A DNA stretch of 64,000 bases from Actinocrinis sp. (lineage in GTDB: Bacteria > Actinomycetota > Actinomycetes > Streptomycetales > Catenulisporaceae): the NCBI RefSeq assembly GCF_035938995.1, contig NZ_DASZGI010000329.1:54535-118534 (forward strand). The letters are read 5' to 3'. Under the pieces are notes generated by a model. It was not told the origin of the DNA. It saw only the letters and a program-made list of their open reading frames with translations, and searched no databases. This document shows, piece by piece, positions 28,415 through 36,921 of this stretch. Both the position numbers and the translations under genes were made by a program. Positions within the stretch are counted from its first letter, which is position 1, and each line of letters opens with the position of its first letter.

Positions 28415-29575
28415 TCACCGGGCCTGCCTCTCCTTCTGCTCGGCCCGAGTCGCGACCTGCCGCCCGACCACGCGCAGGTGGCCGACCGACGACTGGCGTG
28501 TCTGAACGCTGATCGGCAGCACCACCAACTCCGGCTCGGATGCGCCGGGCTCGGTGATCCGCCGGTGCAGCAGCCGCATCGCCCGGCGCCCCATCTCCCG
28601 GGACGGCAGCGAGATCGCGGCCGCCGTCAGGGGGAGCACGTCGAAGGGTCCTGCGTCGTCCATTCCGGCCAGGTCGATGTCGCCGGGGATCTCCAGGCCG
28701 AGCGCGACCAGGTCCTCGGCGGCCGTCGCCAGTACGTAGCCGTTGGCGCACAACAGCACGGTCGGCGGGTGCGGCCCGCGCAGCAGCTCGGCGAGCAGGG
28801 CGCGGCGCGCCTCATGGGACTGGACGCTGTACGGGCGCAGCACCATCAGGTCCGGACGCGCCGCGATGCCGTGCTCTCGCAGCGCCTGGATATGCCCGGC
28901 GAGCCGGTCGCGCACGCTGGTCACGTCGATCTCGTCCCACAGCGTCGCGATGATCCGGTGTCCGGCGCCGATCAGCGCGGTGGTCAGGTCCCGGCCGGCC
29001 GCGAAGTTGTCCGCGATGACTGCGTCAGTGGCCAGGTCGGGTCGGTAGCGGTCGACCATGACCAGCGGCACCCCGCGTCGGCGCGCTTCGGCGTAGGGGG
29101 CGAGCACCCCGGAACCCTCCGTCGGGTACACGATCACGCCGTCCACGCCGTGGTCCAGCGCCCGCGTGAGCGCTTGCTCCTCCCGCGCCGGGTCGCCCTC
29201 GCAGTGATTGAGGAAGAGCCGGTAGCCCAGCTGCGCGCACACCTCCTCGATCCCGGCGAGGAGCCGTCCGACATGCGGCCCCTGATACTGCAGCACGCAG
29301 GCGATGGTCCCGTCGGCATCGCGGGCGGTCTGCTCGGGCGGCCGCTCGGCGACGAAGGTGCCCTGGCCGCGCTTGCGCACCACGTGCCCCTCGGCGGCCA
29401 GGTCGTTCAGCGCCCGCACGGCGGTGGCGTGGCTGACGTTGAAGCGCTCGCAGATCTCCCGCTGGGTGACGAACGGCCGTCCGGGGGCGTACTCGCCGGC
29501 CGCGATGGCGGCCAGCAGGTCCCGCTTGACCTGCTGGTAGAGCGGAACCTTCGGCGCGCCGGGCTCCACCGACAT
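28415..29575 (-). CDS. transcriptional regulator: GntR-type wHTH fused to a LacI/PBP1-type sugar-binding domain
   Basis: The N-terminus (PLYQQVKRDLLAAIAAGEYAPGRPFVTQREICERFNVSHATAVRALNDL) is a GntR HTH. The remaining 300 or so aa resemble a periplasmic-binding-protein type 1 fold. Confidence 0.85.
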   Translation of the reverse strand: MSVEPGAPKVPLYQQVKRDLLAAIAAGEYAPGRPFVTQREICERFNVSHATAVRALNDLAAEGHVVRKRGQGTFVAERPPEQTARDADGTIACVLQYQGPHVGRLLAGIEEVCAQLGYRLFLNHCEGDPAREEQALTRALDHGVDGVIVYPTEGSGVLAPYAEARRRGVPLVMVDRYRPDLATDAVIADNFAAGRDLTTALIGAGHRIIATLWDEIDVTSVRDRLAGHIQALREHGIAARPDLMVLRPYSVQSHEARRALLAELLRGPHPPTVLLCANGYVLATAAEDLVALGLEIPGDIDLAGMDDAGPFDVLPLTAAAISLPSREMGRRAMRLLHRRITEPGASEPELVVLPISVQTRQSSVGHLRVVGRQVATRAEQKERQAR

Positions 29576-29638
29576 GGACGGAAATCCTTCCTCGACTCGG
29601 TGCGCTGGGCACGGTCTCGGGGCAAGAGATGAGCCAAC

Positions 29639-29713
29639 TTAACATGACAAGCTTGCGCTGAGGGGTCAAACATCCGCCGCGAGCAAAGAGTCTTTGCTCT
29701 ATTGACATGTTAA
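29639..29713. promoter_or_regulatory. inverted pair of 12-bp boxes (TTAACATGACAA / TTGACATGTTAA) flanking a GAGCAAAG-agt-CTTTGCTC palindrome
   Basis: Boxes at 29639-29650 and 29702-29713 are reverse complements with one mismatch. The palindrome is at 29681-29699. All lie in the divergent regulator/ABC intergenic region. Confidence 0.45.
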
Positions 29714-29731
29714 ACGCTCCGCTCCTATGTT
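29702..29731 (+). promoter_or_regulatory. near-consensus sigma-70-type promoter for the ABC sugar operon
   Basis: -35 TTGACA (29702-29707), an 18-nt spacer, then -10 TATGTT (29726-29731). The -35 is embedded in the right-hand operator box. Confidence 0.45.
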
Positions 29732-29804
29732 CACAGCGCCGGACTGCCGGGGGAGACGGGCCGGCCGACCGAGCGTGATCAAGGTGCTGTCAAGGGAGGA
29801 CGGC

Positions 29805-31181
29805 GTGGGCATAGCGCGGCGCAAAGGGCTGAACCTGTGCGCGTTCGCCGCCGCGGTGGCGCTGGCGGCCGGGACCACCGCGTGCGGCGGAAGCGGCGGC
29901 GGGTCGGGGAGCGACAAGACTCTGACGATGTGGACGTTCAAGCAGACCCATGTCAAGGCTCTGGAGGAGGCCGCGGCCGCCTTCAAGGCGAAGACCGGGA
30001 TCACCGTGAACATCACGGCCTTCACCCCGGACGCGACCTTCACCAGCAAGGTCCAGAGCGCGGCGGCCACCCACACCGTCGCCGACGTGATCGAGGACCA
30101 CGCGGGCGGCGAGGACTTCGTCTTCGGCGGAGCCGGCATCCTCACCGACCTCTCCTCCAGCGTGGACGCCGCGTGGAAGGCCCGCTTCCTCAACGGCACC
30201 GCGGACACCGGCCTGGTGACAGACAACGTGTATCAGGCTTCGCTCAAGCCGAAGGCCACCGACCCCGGGGTGAAGAAGGGCCAGCTGTTCAGCGTCCCGT
30301 TCACCGCGGGCACCTTCGGCATCATCTACGCCAACAAGACAGAACTCCGGGCCGCCGGGATCGACCCGACCACGCCCCCGAAGACCTGGGAAGGCCTGAT
30401 CTCCTGGATCAAGGCCACGCACGACAAGGACCCGCAGGCCGGCGGCATCACGCTGGGCCTGAACGTCTCCTCCACCGGGCTGGACTGGGCGCTCGAACCG
30501 CTCGCCTACGCCTACCTCGGCAAGAGCGCGTACCAGGCGCTCTTCGGCAAGGACGCCTCGGTCGCTTGGGGCAGCCCGAACGGCCAGAAGGCGCTCGAGC
30601 TCTACAACGATCTGACTCCGTACTGGACGCCGGGCAGCCAGACCCTCGGCATCGACGACGCGGACCGCGCGTTCGCCCAGGGCAAATCGGCCTTCGACAT
30701 CGGCGGCACGTTCACCATGGCCGCGATCCAGCAGGACGGCATGAGCCCGGGCAACATCGTGGCCTTCGGCATCCCGGCACCCGGCGACGGAGCCGTCAGC
30801 GAGCTGAAACTCGCCCCGATCGCGCTGACCGGGCTGTCGATCTCGTCGCAGTCCAAGAACCAGTCCGCCGACCTGCAGTGGATCGACTTCCTGACCACTC
30901 AAGCCCAGGCCGGCGCGTTCGCCCAGGCCTCATACGACCTGCCGGCCACCGACCTGGGCGCGAACTCGGCCACGCTGGTCGGGCCGAATCTCAGCTCCCT
31001 GGAGGCCGTCTTCGGCACCGGCGACACCGCCTACAACCCCGGCGACACCACCTTCATGGGCCCGACCTGGGACATCACACAGGCGGGCGACCTCGTCGTG
31101 CAGATGTCCCCGCTCAAACAGCAGAGCCCTGCGTCCACCAACGCGAAGCTCGGCGCGTTCACAGCCAACACCTGGAAGTGA
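29805..31181 (+). CDS. ABC sugar transporter substrate-binding lipoprotein (family 1 SBP)
   Basis: GTG 29805 is preceded by AGGGAGGA. Lipoprotein signal LCAFAAAVALAAGTTAC. The body is typical of a carbohydrate SBP. Confidence 0.85.
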   Translation: MGIARRKGLNLCAFAAAVALAAGTTACGGSGGGSGSDKTLTMWTFKQTHVKALEEAAAAFKAKTGITVNITAFTPDATFTSKVQSAAATHTVADVIEDHAGGEDFVFGGAGILTDLSSSVDAAWKARFLNGTADTGLVTDNVYQASLKPKATDPGVKKGQLFSVPFTAGTFGIIYANKTELRAAGIDPTTPPKTWEGLISWIKATHDKDPQAGGITLGLNVSSTGLDWALEPLAYAYLGKSAYQALFGKDASVAWGSPNGQKALELYNDLTPYWTPGSQTLGIDDADRAFAQGKSAFDIGGTFTMAAIQQDGMSPGNIVAFGIPAPGDGAVSELKLAPIALTGLSISSQSKNQSADLQWIDFLTTQAQAGAFAQASYDLPATDLGANSATLVGPNLSSLEAVFGTGDTAYNPGDTTFMGPTWDITQAGDLVVQMSPLKQQSPASTNAKLGAFTANTWK

Positions 31182-31182
31182 C

Positions 31183-31257
31183 GCTGTGCTGCATGTGGCT
31201 GTGCTGTATCTGACTGCGCTGCATGTGACTGCGCTGCACCTGCCTGTGTTGGACGTG
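31183..31257 (+). repeat. five tandem 15-bp units in the SBP-permease intergenic spacer
   Basis: Units are GCTGTGCTGCATGTG, GCTGTGCTGTATCTG, ACTGCGCTGCATGTG, ACTGCGCTGCACCTG and CCTGTGTTGGACGTG. The array starts 2 nt after the SBP stop and ends 5 nt before the permease start. Confidence 0.85.
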
Positions 31258-31262
31258 GCGCG

Positions 31263-32240
31263 GTGACGTCGGCCACCGTCACCGCTCCCGCCCCGCAGGA
31301 CAAGCCGGAATCGTCCGCCGCTGCCGCCTCAGGGCGTCGGCGGCGGAGGACGCGGGAGGCGCTGACCGGATACGCGTTCGTCCTGCCGGCCGTCGCCCTG
31401 TTCGCTGTCATGGGTCTGTACACCGTCGGCTACGGCCTCGCGCTCAGCTTCGCCCGGTGGAACGGGTTCACCCCGAACTGGACCTGGGTCGGTGTCGGCA
31501 ACTACCTCGACCTGCTCTACCGCGACCCGATCCTGGCCCCCGAGACCCGCGACGACGCCGTGCGCACCCTCGTGGTGATGGTCGCGGTGCCGGCGCTGAC
31601 GATCCTCGGCGGCTTCCCGCTCGCGGTCGCCCTGCACCGCATCAGGTTCCTGCGCTCGATGTTCCGCACGGTGTTCTTCCTGCCGAACGTGACCGCGGGC
31701 ATCGCGGTGTTCTACGCCTGGACCTACGTCCTGCAGCCGAGCGGATCGCTCAACTACATCCTGCGGCACCTCGGGCTCGGATCCCTCGCCCAGCCGCAGG
31801 GATTCCTGGGCAACCCGGCCACCGCGCTGCCGACGCTGATCGTGGTGATGGCCTGGAGTGCGATCCCGGTCGCGATGATCCTCTATCTGACCGGGATCCA
31901 GGCGATCGACCCGTCACTGCTCGACGCGGCGCGCACCGACGGCGCGGGCGAACTGCGCACGATGACCGCGGTCGTCTGGCCGCTGCTGCGCCCGATCACC
32001 GCCGCCGTGATCCTGCTGAACATGCGCGACGCGCTGCAGGGCTTCCAGATCTTCCTGATCATGACGAACGGCGGCCCCGGCGGACACACCGAGGTGCTCG
32101 GACTCGAGGCCTACAACCTGGCCTTCTTCGACGGCCTCAAGCCCACGCTCGGGCTGTCCAGCGCCCTGGGCTGGATGCTGTTCGTGGTGGCGCTGCTGCT
32201 CGCGGGCGTCAACATCAGGATGCTGCGGAGCCGCACGTGA
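31263..32240 (+). CDS. carbohydrate ABC transporter permease (MalF-like)
   Basis: 325 aa with 6 TM segments and an EAA-loop region (DAARTDGAGELRTMTAVVWPLLRP). Confidence 0.85.
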   Translation: MTSATVTAPAPQDKPESSAAAASGRRRRRTREALTGYAFVLPAVALFAVMGLYTVGYGLALSFARWNGFTPNWTWVGVGNYLDLLYRDPILAPETRDDAVRTLVVMVAVPALTILGGFPLAVALHRIRFLRSMFRTVFFLPNVTAGIAVFYAWTYVLQPSGSLNYILRHLGLGSLAQPQGFLGNPATALPTLIVVMAWSAIPVAMILYLTGIQAIDPSLLDAARTDGAGELRTMTAVVWPLLRPITAAVILLNMRDALQGFQIFLIMTNGGPGGHTEVLGLEAYNLAFFDGLKPTLGLSSALGWMLFVVALLLAGVNIRMLRSRT

Positions 32241-33142
32241 CCGCCTCGACCTCGACCCTCGCCGGTACGGCCGCGACGCTGGGGGACCGCACCGTGCGCC
32301 GTGCTCCGCTTGTGCGCAGTGCCCCCGGCCGGACCGCCCGCACCATCACCTACCTCATGCTGGCCGTCTACGCGGTGATCAGCCTTTATCCGTTCGCGCT
32401 GATGGTCTCCGGCGCGCTCAAGGACGACAAGGAGATCCTGCTCGACGGACACCTGATCCCGCACCATCCGACGCTCTCGACACTCGGCCGCACCTGGAGC
32501 GAGCTGGACTTCCTTCGGTACTTCGGCAACAGCTTGGAGGTCACCGGGTTCACCACGCTCGGCGTCGTGGCGATCTACTCGCTGGCCGGCTACGCGTTCG
32601 CCGTGCTGCGTTTCCCCGGCCGCAGAGCGCTGTACGGGCTCTTCATCTCGCTGCTGTTCGTCCCCGGCATCACGGTCCTGCTGCCAGTGGTCATCCTTCA
32701 GCAGAAGCTCGGCATCCTCGGCACGCACCTGGGCATCATCCTGCCCTTCATCAACGGCACCGCTCCGCTGTCGATCCTCCTGCTCACCAACGCCTTCCGC
32801 AGCGTGCCGACGGAACTGCGCGAGTCGGCACGCTGCGACGGCGCCGGGGAACTGCGCACCTTCCGGTCGATCTACCTGCCCGCGTGCCGCCCGGCCCTCG
32901 TCGCCGTCAGCCTGCTGACGGCGATCCCGACGTGGAACGAGTACGTGCTCACCCGGGTCTCGCTGAACGATCCGAGCACGTACACGCTGCCGATCGCGTT
33001 GCAGAACCTGAATTCGACCGTCTCGCCGCAGCAGAACGTGCTCATGGCGGCATCGCTGATCATCGTGATCCCGGTGGTGATCCTTTTCGTGCTACTCCAA
33101 CGCTACTTCGTCAACGGCCTGCAGGGCGCGGTGAAGGGATGA
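32237..33142 (+). CDS. carbohydrate ABC transporter permease (MalG-like)
   Basis: GTG 32237 overlaps the upstream stop (GTGA). EAA loop ESARCDGAGELRTFRSIYLPACRP. This is the in-frame tail of ORF-track entry 31457..33142. Confidence 0.85.
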   Translation: MTASTSTLAGTAATLGDRTVRRAPLVRSAPGRTARTITYLMLAVYAVISLYPFALMVSGALKDDKEILLDGHLIPHHPTLSTLGRTWSELDFLRYFGNSLEVTGFTTLGVVAIYSLAGYAFAVLRFPGRRALYGLFISLLFVPGITVLLPVVILQQKLGILGTHLGIILPFINGTAPLSILLLTNAFRSVPTELRESARCDGAGELRTFRSIYLPACRPALVAVSLLTAIPTWNEYVLTRVSLNDPSTYTLPIALQNLNSTVSPQQNVLMAASLIIVIPVVILFVLLQRYFVNGLQGAVKG

Positions 33143-33146
33143 GGGC

Positions 33147-34016
33147 GTGAAGGTACTGGTCACCGGCGCGGGCGGGGTGCTCGGGCGCGAGGTGGTGGCG
33201 CGACTGGCCGCCGACGGCCACGCGGTGCGCGCGCACGACCGCGTCACCCTGCCGCGGCAGGCCGCGGACCTGGCCAGCGAGGTCGTCGTCGGCGACCTGC
33301 GCGACGGCGGCGCGCTGGAGGAAGCGCTCACGGGCGTCGACGCCGTCGTCCACGCCGCGGCCTATCCCTCGCCGAACGCGGCGTCCGAGGCGGACGTGTT
33401 CGCCAACAACGTCGAAGCCTCCTACCAGGTGCTCGGCGCCGCGGGGTTGGCCGGGATCGGGCGCGTCGTCAACATCTCGAGCCTTTCCGCGGTGGGCCTG
33501 GCCTGGTCCCAGCACGATTCATCGCCGCTCAGCGTGCCGCTCACCGAGGAGCATCCTTACATCGGCGATGATGTCTACGGCCTGTCGAAGTACGTCGGCG
33601 AGCAGATCGCGGCGACCGCGAGCAGGCGCTGGCGGATGACGGTGGTGAGCCTGCGCTTCCCTTTTCTTGGAACCGGCCAGCGGCTGCGCACTCACCTGTC
33701 GTTCATCCACGCGGACCCCGGCCGGGACCGCGGGTCGCTGTGGGGCTGGCTTGACTCGCGCGACGCGGCGCGGGCCGTCGAGGCCTCGCTGACGTGCGAG
33801 CTGTCCGGCCACGTCCTGCTCAACGTCGCCGCCCCGGATACGACGTCGCTGGTACCGACCGCGGAGCTGCTGCGCCGGTACCACCCCAGCACCCGGATCG
33901 ACATGCCGCTGGACGGTTTCGCGACTCCGATCTCGACCCGCCGCAGCACCGAGTTGCTCGGCTTCACCCCGATCCACACGTGGCGCAGCCCGGAGGCGAG
34001 CGATGACGGACGCTGA
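33147..34016 (+). CDS. NAD(P)-dependent epimerase/dehydratase (extended SDR)
   Basis: VLVTGAGGVLG Rossmann motif and the YGLSK catalytic motif. Confidence 0.8.
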   Translation: MKVLVTGAGGVLGREVVARLAADGHAVRAHDRVTLPRQAADLASEVVVGDLRDGGALEEALTGVDAVVHAAAYPSPNAASEADVFANNVEASYQVLGAAGLAGIGRVVNISSLSAVGLAWSQHDSSPLSVPLTEEHPYIGDDVYGLSKYVGEQIAATASRRWRMTVVSLRFPFLGTGQRLRTHLSFIHADPGRDRGSLWGWLDSRDAARAVEASLTCELSGHVLLNVAAPDTTSLVPTAELLRRYHPSTRIDMPLDGFATPISTRRSTELLGFTPIHTWRSPEASDDGR

Positions 34017-34737
34017 CTTTGTCGCGGATGCGGACATTGACACTCTTCCCGACACCGAAGGCGCTGAATTGGCCATCCCGCGCGGCAAGACCGCGCTCGT
34101 GGTGCGCGGTGGCTGGGAAGGCCACAGCCCCGTCGCCGCGAGCGACCGCTACGCCGCCGAACTCGAGAAGCTCGGCTACCAGGTCACCACGTCGCAGGCC
34201 CTGGACAGCTACCTCGACGCCGCAGCGCTCGCCCGAACGGACCTGATCGTGCAGTGCTGGACCCAGGGCACGATCACCAACGAGCAGCTGGCCGGGCTTT
34301 GGGCCGCCGTGCGCGCGGGCACCGGACTCGCCGGGTGGCATGGCGGGATCGTGGACTCGTTCCGTACCGCGCCCCGCTACCAGCTGATCACCGGCGGCCA
34401 GTTCGTCCACCATCCGCGTGAGTTCGTCGAGTACACGGTCCGCCCCGCGCCCGGGCGGGAAGCGCATCCCATCGTCGCCGGCCTGACCGCATACCGCGCG
34501 CACACCGAGCAGTACTACGTCCACGTCGACCCCACCGTCGACGTGCTCGCCGTCACGGACTTCGTGGAGGACCCCGAGATGCCGGAAGCCGTGGGCAAGG
34601 TGATGCCGGTGGTCTGGACCCGTGAGTGGGGCGCCGGTCGTGTCTTTGTCACCACCCTTGGGCACAAGCTGGACGACCTGGAAGTGCCGCAAACCCACGA
34701 GACAATAATGCGGGGGCTGATATGGGCGACGCGCTGA
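34003..34737 (+). CDS. ThuA-domain protein (trehalose-utilisation-like, class I glutamine amidotransferase-like fold)
   Basis: 244 aa. ThuA-like motifs WHGG, QFVHHP and VWTREWGAGRVFVTTLGH. Confidence 0.8.
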   Translation: MTDADFVADADIDTLPDTEGAELAIPRGKTALVVRGGWEGHSPVAASDRYAAELEKLGYQVTTSQALDSYLDAAALARTDLIVQCWTQGTITNEQLAGLWAAVRAGTGLAGWHGGIVDSFRTAPRYQLITGGQFVHHPREFVEYTVRPAPGREAHPIVAGLTAYRAHTEQYYVHVDPTVDVLAVTDFVEDPEMPEAVGKVMPVVWTREWGAGRVFVTTLGHKLDDLEVPQTHETIMRGLIWATR

Positions 34738-35822
34738 GGGTGGGCCTGGTCGGTGCGGGTCAGATCAGCGGCGCCTATCTGAGTACCCTGCCGCGACTCC
34801 CAGGCGTCGTGCTGACGAAGGTCGCCGACCTCGACTCAGATCGGGCCGTGGCCGCCGCCGCACGAGTCCCGGAGGCCGTGGCGGTCACTCCAGATGAGCT
34901 GTTCGCCGCCGACGACGTGGACCTGGTCCTCAATCTGACGGTTCCGAAGGCCCATGCACAGGTCGCACTTGCCGCGATCGCCGAGGGCAAGCACGTGTAT
35001 GGCGAGAAACCGCTCGCCGCCGACACCGGCCAGGCCAAGGCTCTGCTGAACGCGGCCGGTCAGGCGGGCGTGCGCATCGGGTGCGCGCCGGACACAGTGC
35101 TGGGCACTGGGATCCAGACCGCGCGGGCCGCTCTCGATGCGGGCGAGATCGGCCGCCCCGTCGCCGCGACCGCCTTCATGACGACGCCGGGACACGAGCG
35201 TTGGCACCCGGCACCGGAGTTCTACTACCGGTCCGGCGGCGGCCCGCTGCTGGATATGGGCCCTTACTACTTGACCGCGCTCGTCACCCTGCTGGGTCCG
35301 GTGCGCCGGGTCGTCGGCATGTCCGCGGCGCCGCAGAAGACACGCGTGATCGGCAGCGGAGCGCGTGCGGGAACCCGCTTCCCCGTGGAGGTGGACACCC
35401 ACGTGACCGGCGTCTTCGAACACGCCGACGGTGTTCTCTGTACCTTGATGATGAGCTTCGACGTCTGGCAGGCGAATCTGCCCCGCATCGAGGTCTACGG
35501 CACCCACGGCAGCCTCTCCGTCCCCGACCCGAACGGGTTCGACGGCACGGTGGCGATCTCGCACCCGGGCCGCGACGGATGGACCGAGCTGCCCAAGTAC
35601 GGCGGATACGCAGACGCGGCCCGCGGCTTCGGCCTGGCGGACATGGCGCGGGCGATCGCCGACGGCACCGCCCACCGCGCAAACGGCGAACTCGCCTACC
35701 ACGTGCTCGACGTGATGGAATCCCTGCTGGTCTCGGCGCAAGTCGGTTTAGCCGTGGACGTCGCAAGCACCTGCGCCCGGCCAGCCCCCGTACCGCTGGG
35801 TGCCCGGCCTGACGAAGCCTAA
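34722..35822 (+). CDS. Gfo/Idh/MocA family oxidoreductase
   Basis: ATG 34722 (MGDALRVGLVGAGQISGAYL), an N-terminal Rossmann fold, and the EKPLA motif. Overlaps the ThuA gene end. Confidence 0.85.
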   Translation: MGDALRVGLVGAGQISGAYLSTLPRLPGVVLTKVADLDSDRAVAAAARVPEAVAVTPDELFAADDVDLVLNLTVPKAHAQVALAAIAEGKHVYGEKPLAADTGQAKALLNAAGQAGVRIGCAPDTVLGTGIQTARAALDAGEIGRPVAATAFMTTPGHERWHPAPEFYYRSGGGPLLDMGPYYLTALVTLLGPVRRVVGMSAAPQKTRVIGSGARAGTRFPVEVDTHVTGVFEHADGVLCTLMMSFDVWQANLPRIEVYGTHGSLSVPDPNGFDGTVAISHPGRDGWTELPKYGGYADAARGFGLADMARAIADGTAHRANGELAYHVLDVMESLLVSAQVGLAVDVASTCARPAPVPLGARPDEA

Positions 35823-35959
35823 GCCGTCGCCCCCAGGCGGAGCCCACGCCTAGAATGAAATAAGGCCCCTGCTGCCGCGCTACCCGGCCGCGACTTCGAC
35901 TTGGGCACCGGCATCGCCGAGCGAGTCCGGCATGATGTGTCCCGGAGCGGTCTTTGGGG

Positions 35960-36703
35960 CTACGCGTCTCCGGCGAGGATGCGCTCCTGAAGATCGCGTA
36001 GCTCAGGCCCCGGCTCGATGCCCAGCTGGCCGACCAGCACCTGGCGCGCGTCGTGATAGGCCGCCAACGCCTCGGCCCGGCGGCCGGTGCCGGCCAGAGC
36101 CAGCATCAGCTGGGCGTGGAAGCGTTCGCGCAGGGGGTGCTCGCCGACGAGGGCGCGGAGTTCCGGGACCAGCTGGTCGTGGCGCTGCATCTGCAGGTTG
36201 GCCTCGATGAGCCATTCGAGTACTTGTATCCGCTCTTGTTCGAGACGTGGAATCCATGCGTCCCGCAGTCCTTCGCTGCGCACGTCCACCAGCGGCGTGC
36301 CGCGCCATAGGGCCAGCGCCTCGGATGCGGTTCTCGCGGCGTCCGGCCAGGCTTGGTTGCGGATCGCGGCGCCGCAGTTGTGGCGCAGCGCCTGGAACTC
36401 GAGCACGTCGAGCTCCGATGACGCGATCTTGATCAAGTAGCCCGGATCACGCACGGTGATGCGGGTCCCGGCATCGGGCTCCAGCGTGCGGCGCAGGCGC
36501 AGCACGTGGCCGCGAAGCGTCGTCGGCGCACCCGGTGGGGGTGCGCCGTCCCATACCGCGTCGGCCAACGCGTCGAGCGAGACCGGTTCGTTGGCGCGCA
36601 GCAGGAGCGCGGCCAGCAACGCTCGAAGACGCGCGCCGCCGACGGCCACCTGTTTGCCCGCGTCGCGCACGAAAACCAGCGGACCCAAAAGTGCAAACCG
36701 CAT
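35960..36703 (-). CDS. small SARP-family transcriptional activator (OmpR-type wHTH + BTAD domain)
   Basis: 247 aa. Begins MRFALLGPL...VGGARLRALLAALLL and has BTAD helices (EALALWRG, LIEANLQMQRHDQLVPEL, AYHDARQVLVGQLGIEPGPELRDL). Confidence 0.85.
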   Translation of the reverse strand: MRFALLGPLVFVRDAGKQVAVGGARLRALLAALLLRANEPVSLDALADAVWDGAPPPGAPTTLRGHVLRLRRTLEPDAGTRITVRDPGYLIKIASSELDVLEFQALRHNCGAAIRNQAWPDAARTASEALALWRGTPLVDVRSEGLRDAWIPRLEQERIQVLEWLIEANLQMQRHDQLVPELRALVGEHPLRERFHAQLMLALAGTGRRAEALAAYHDARQVLVGQLGIEPGPELRDLQERILAGDA

Positions 36704-36788
36704 GTTTCACCCCGTATCGGACCATCCCCGAACCTGTCGAAGAGCTCGATGACAGGTGGCCCTGGACCGATGCTACGCGATCGCACGG

Positions 36789-36810
36789 GAATAGAACGCG
36801 AATCGAACGC
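36789..36810 (+). promoter_or_regulatory. two tandem 11-bp direct repeats (GAATAGAACGC GAATCGAACGC), a SARP-box-like site upstream of the ChW gene
   Basis: Heptamers TAGAACG and TCGAACG sit at 11-nt spacing. The 3' repeat ends 8 nt before the -10-like CAGAGT (36819-36824). The site is about 112-133 nt upstream of ATG 36922. Confidence 0.45.
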
Positions 36811-36921
36811 CGGTGCCGCAGAGTTCTGACGCGGTCCCCGGGGATGCGAGCGGCGGTCGTCGCTCGATCGTCGGGGTCGCCGCAGGAACTCAGGCAAGCA
36901 CGGAACAGGAAGGCATTCCTC

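Noticed and set aside
31183-31257. Whether the tandem 15-bp arrays here and at 62206-62300 could be CRISPR arrays.
   Set aside because: The units are directly abutting with no spacers and are far shorter than CRISPR repeats. No cas genes are present.
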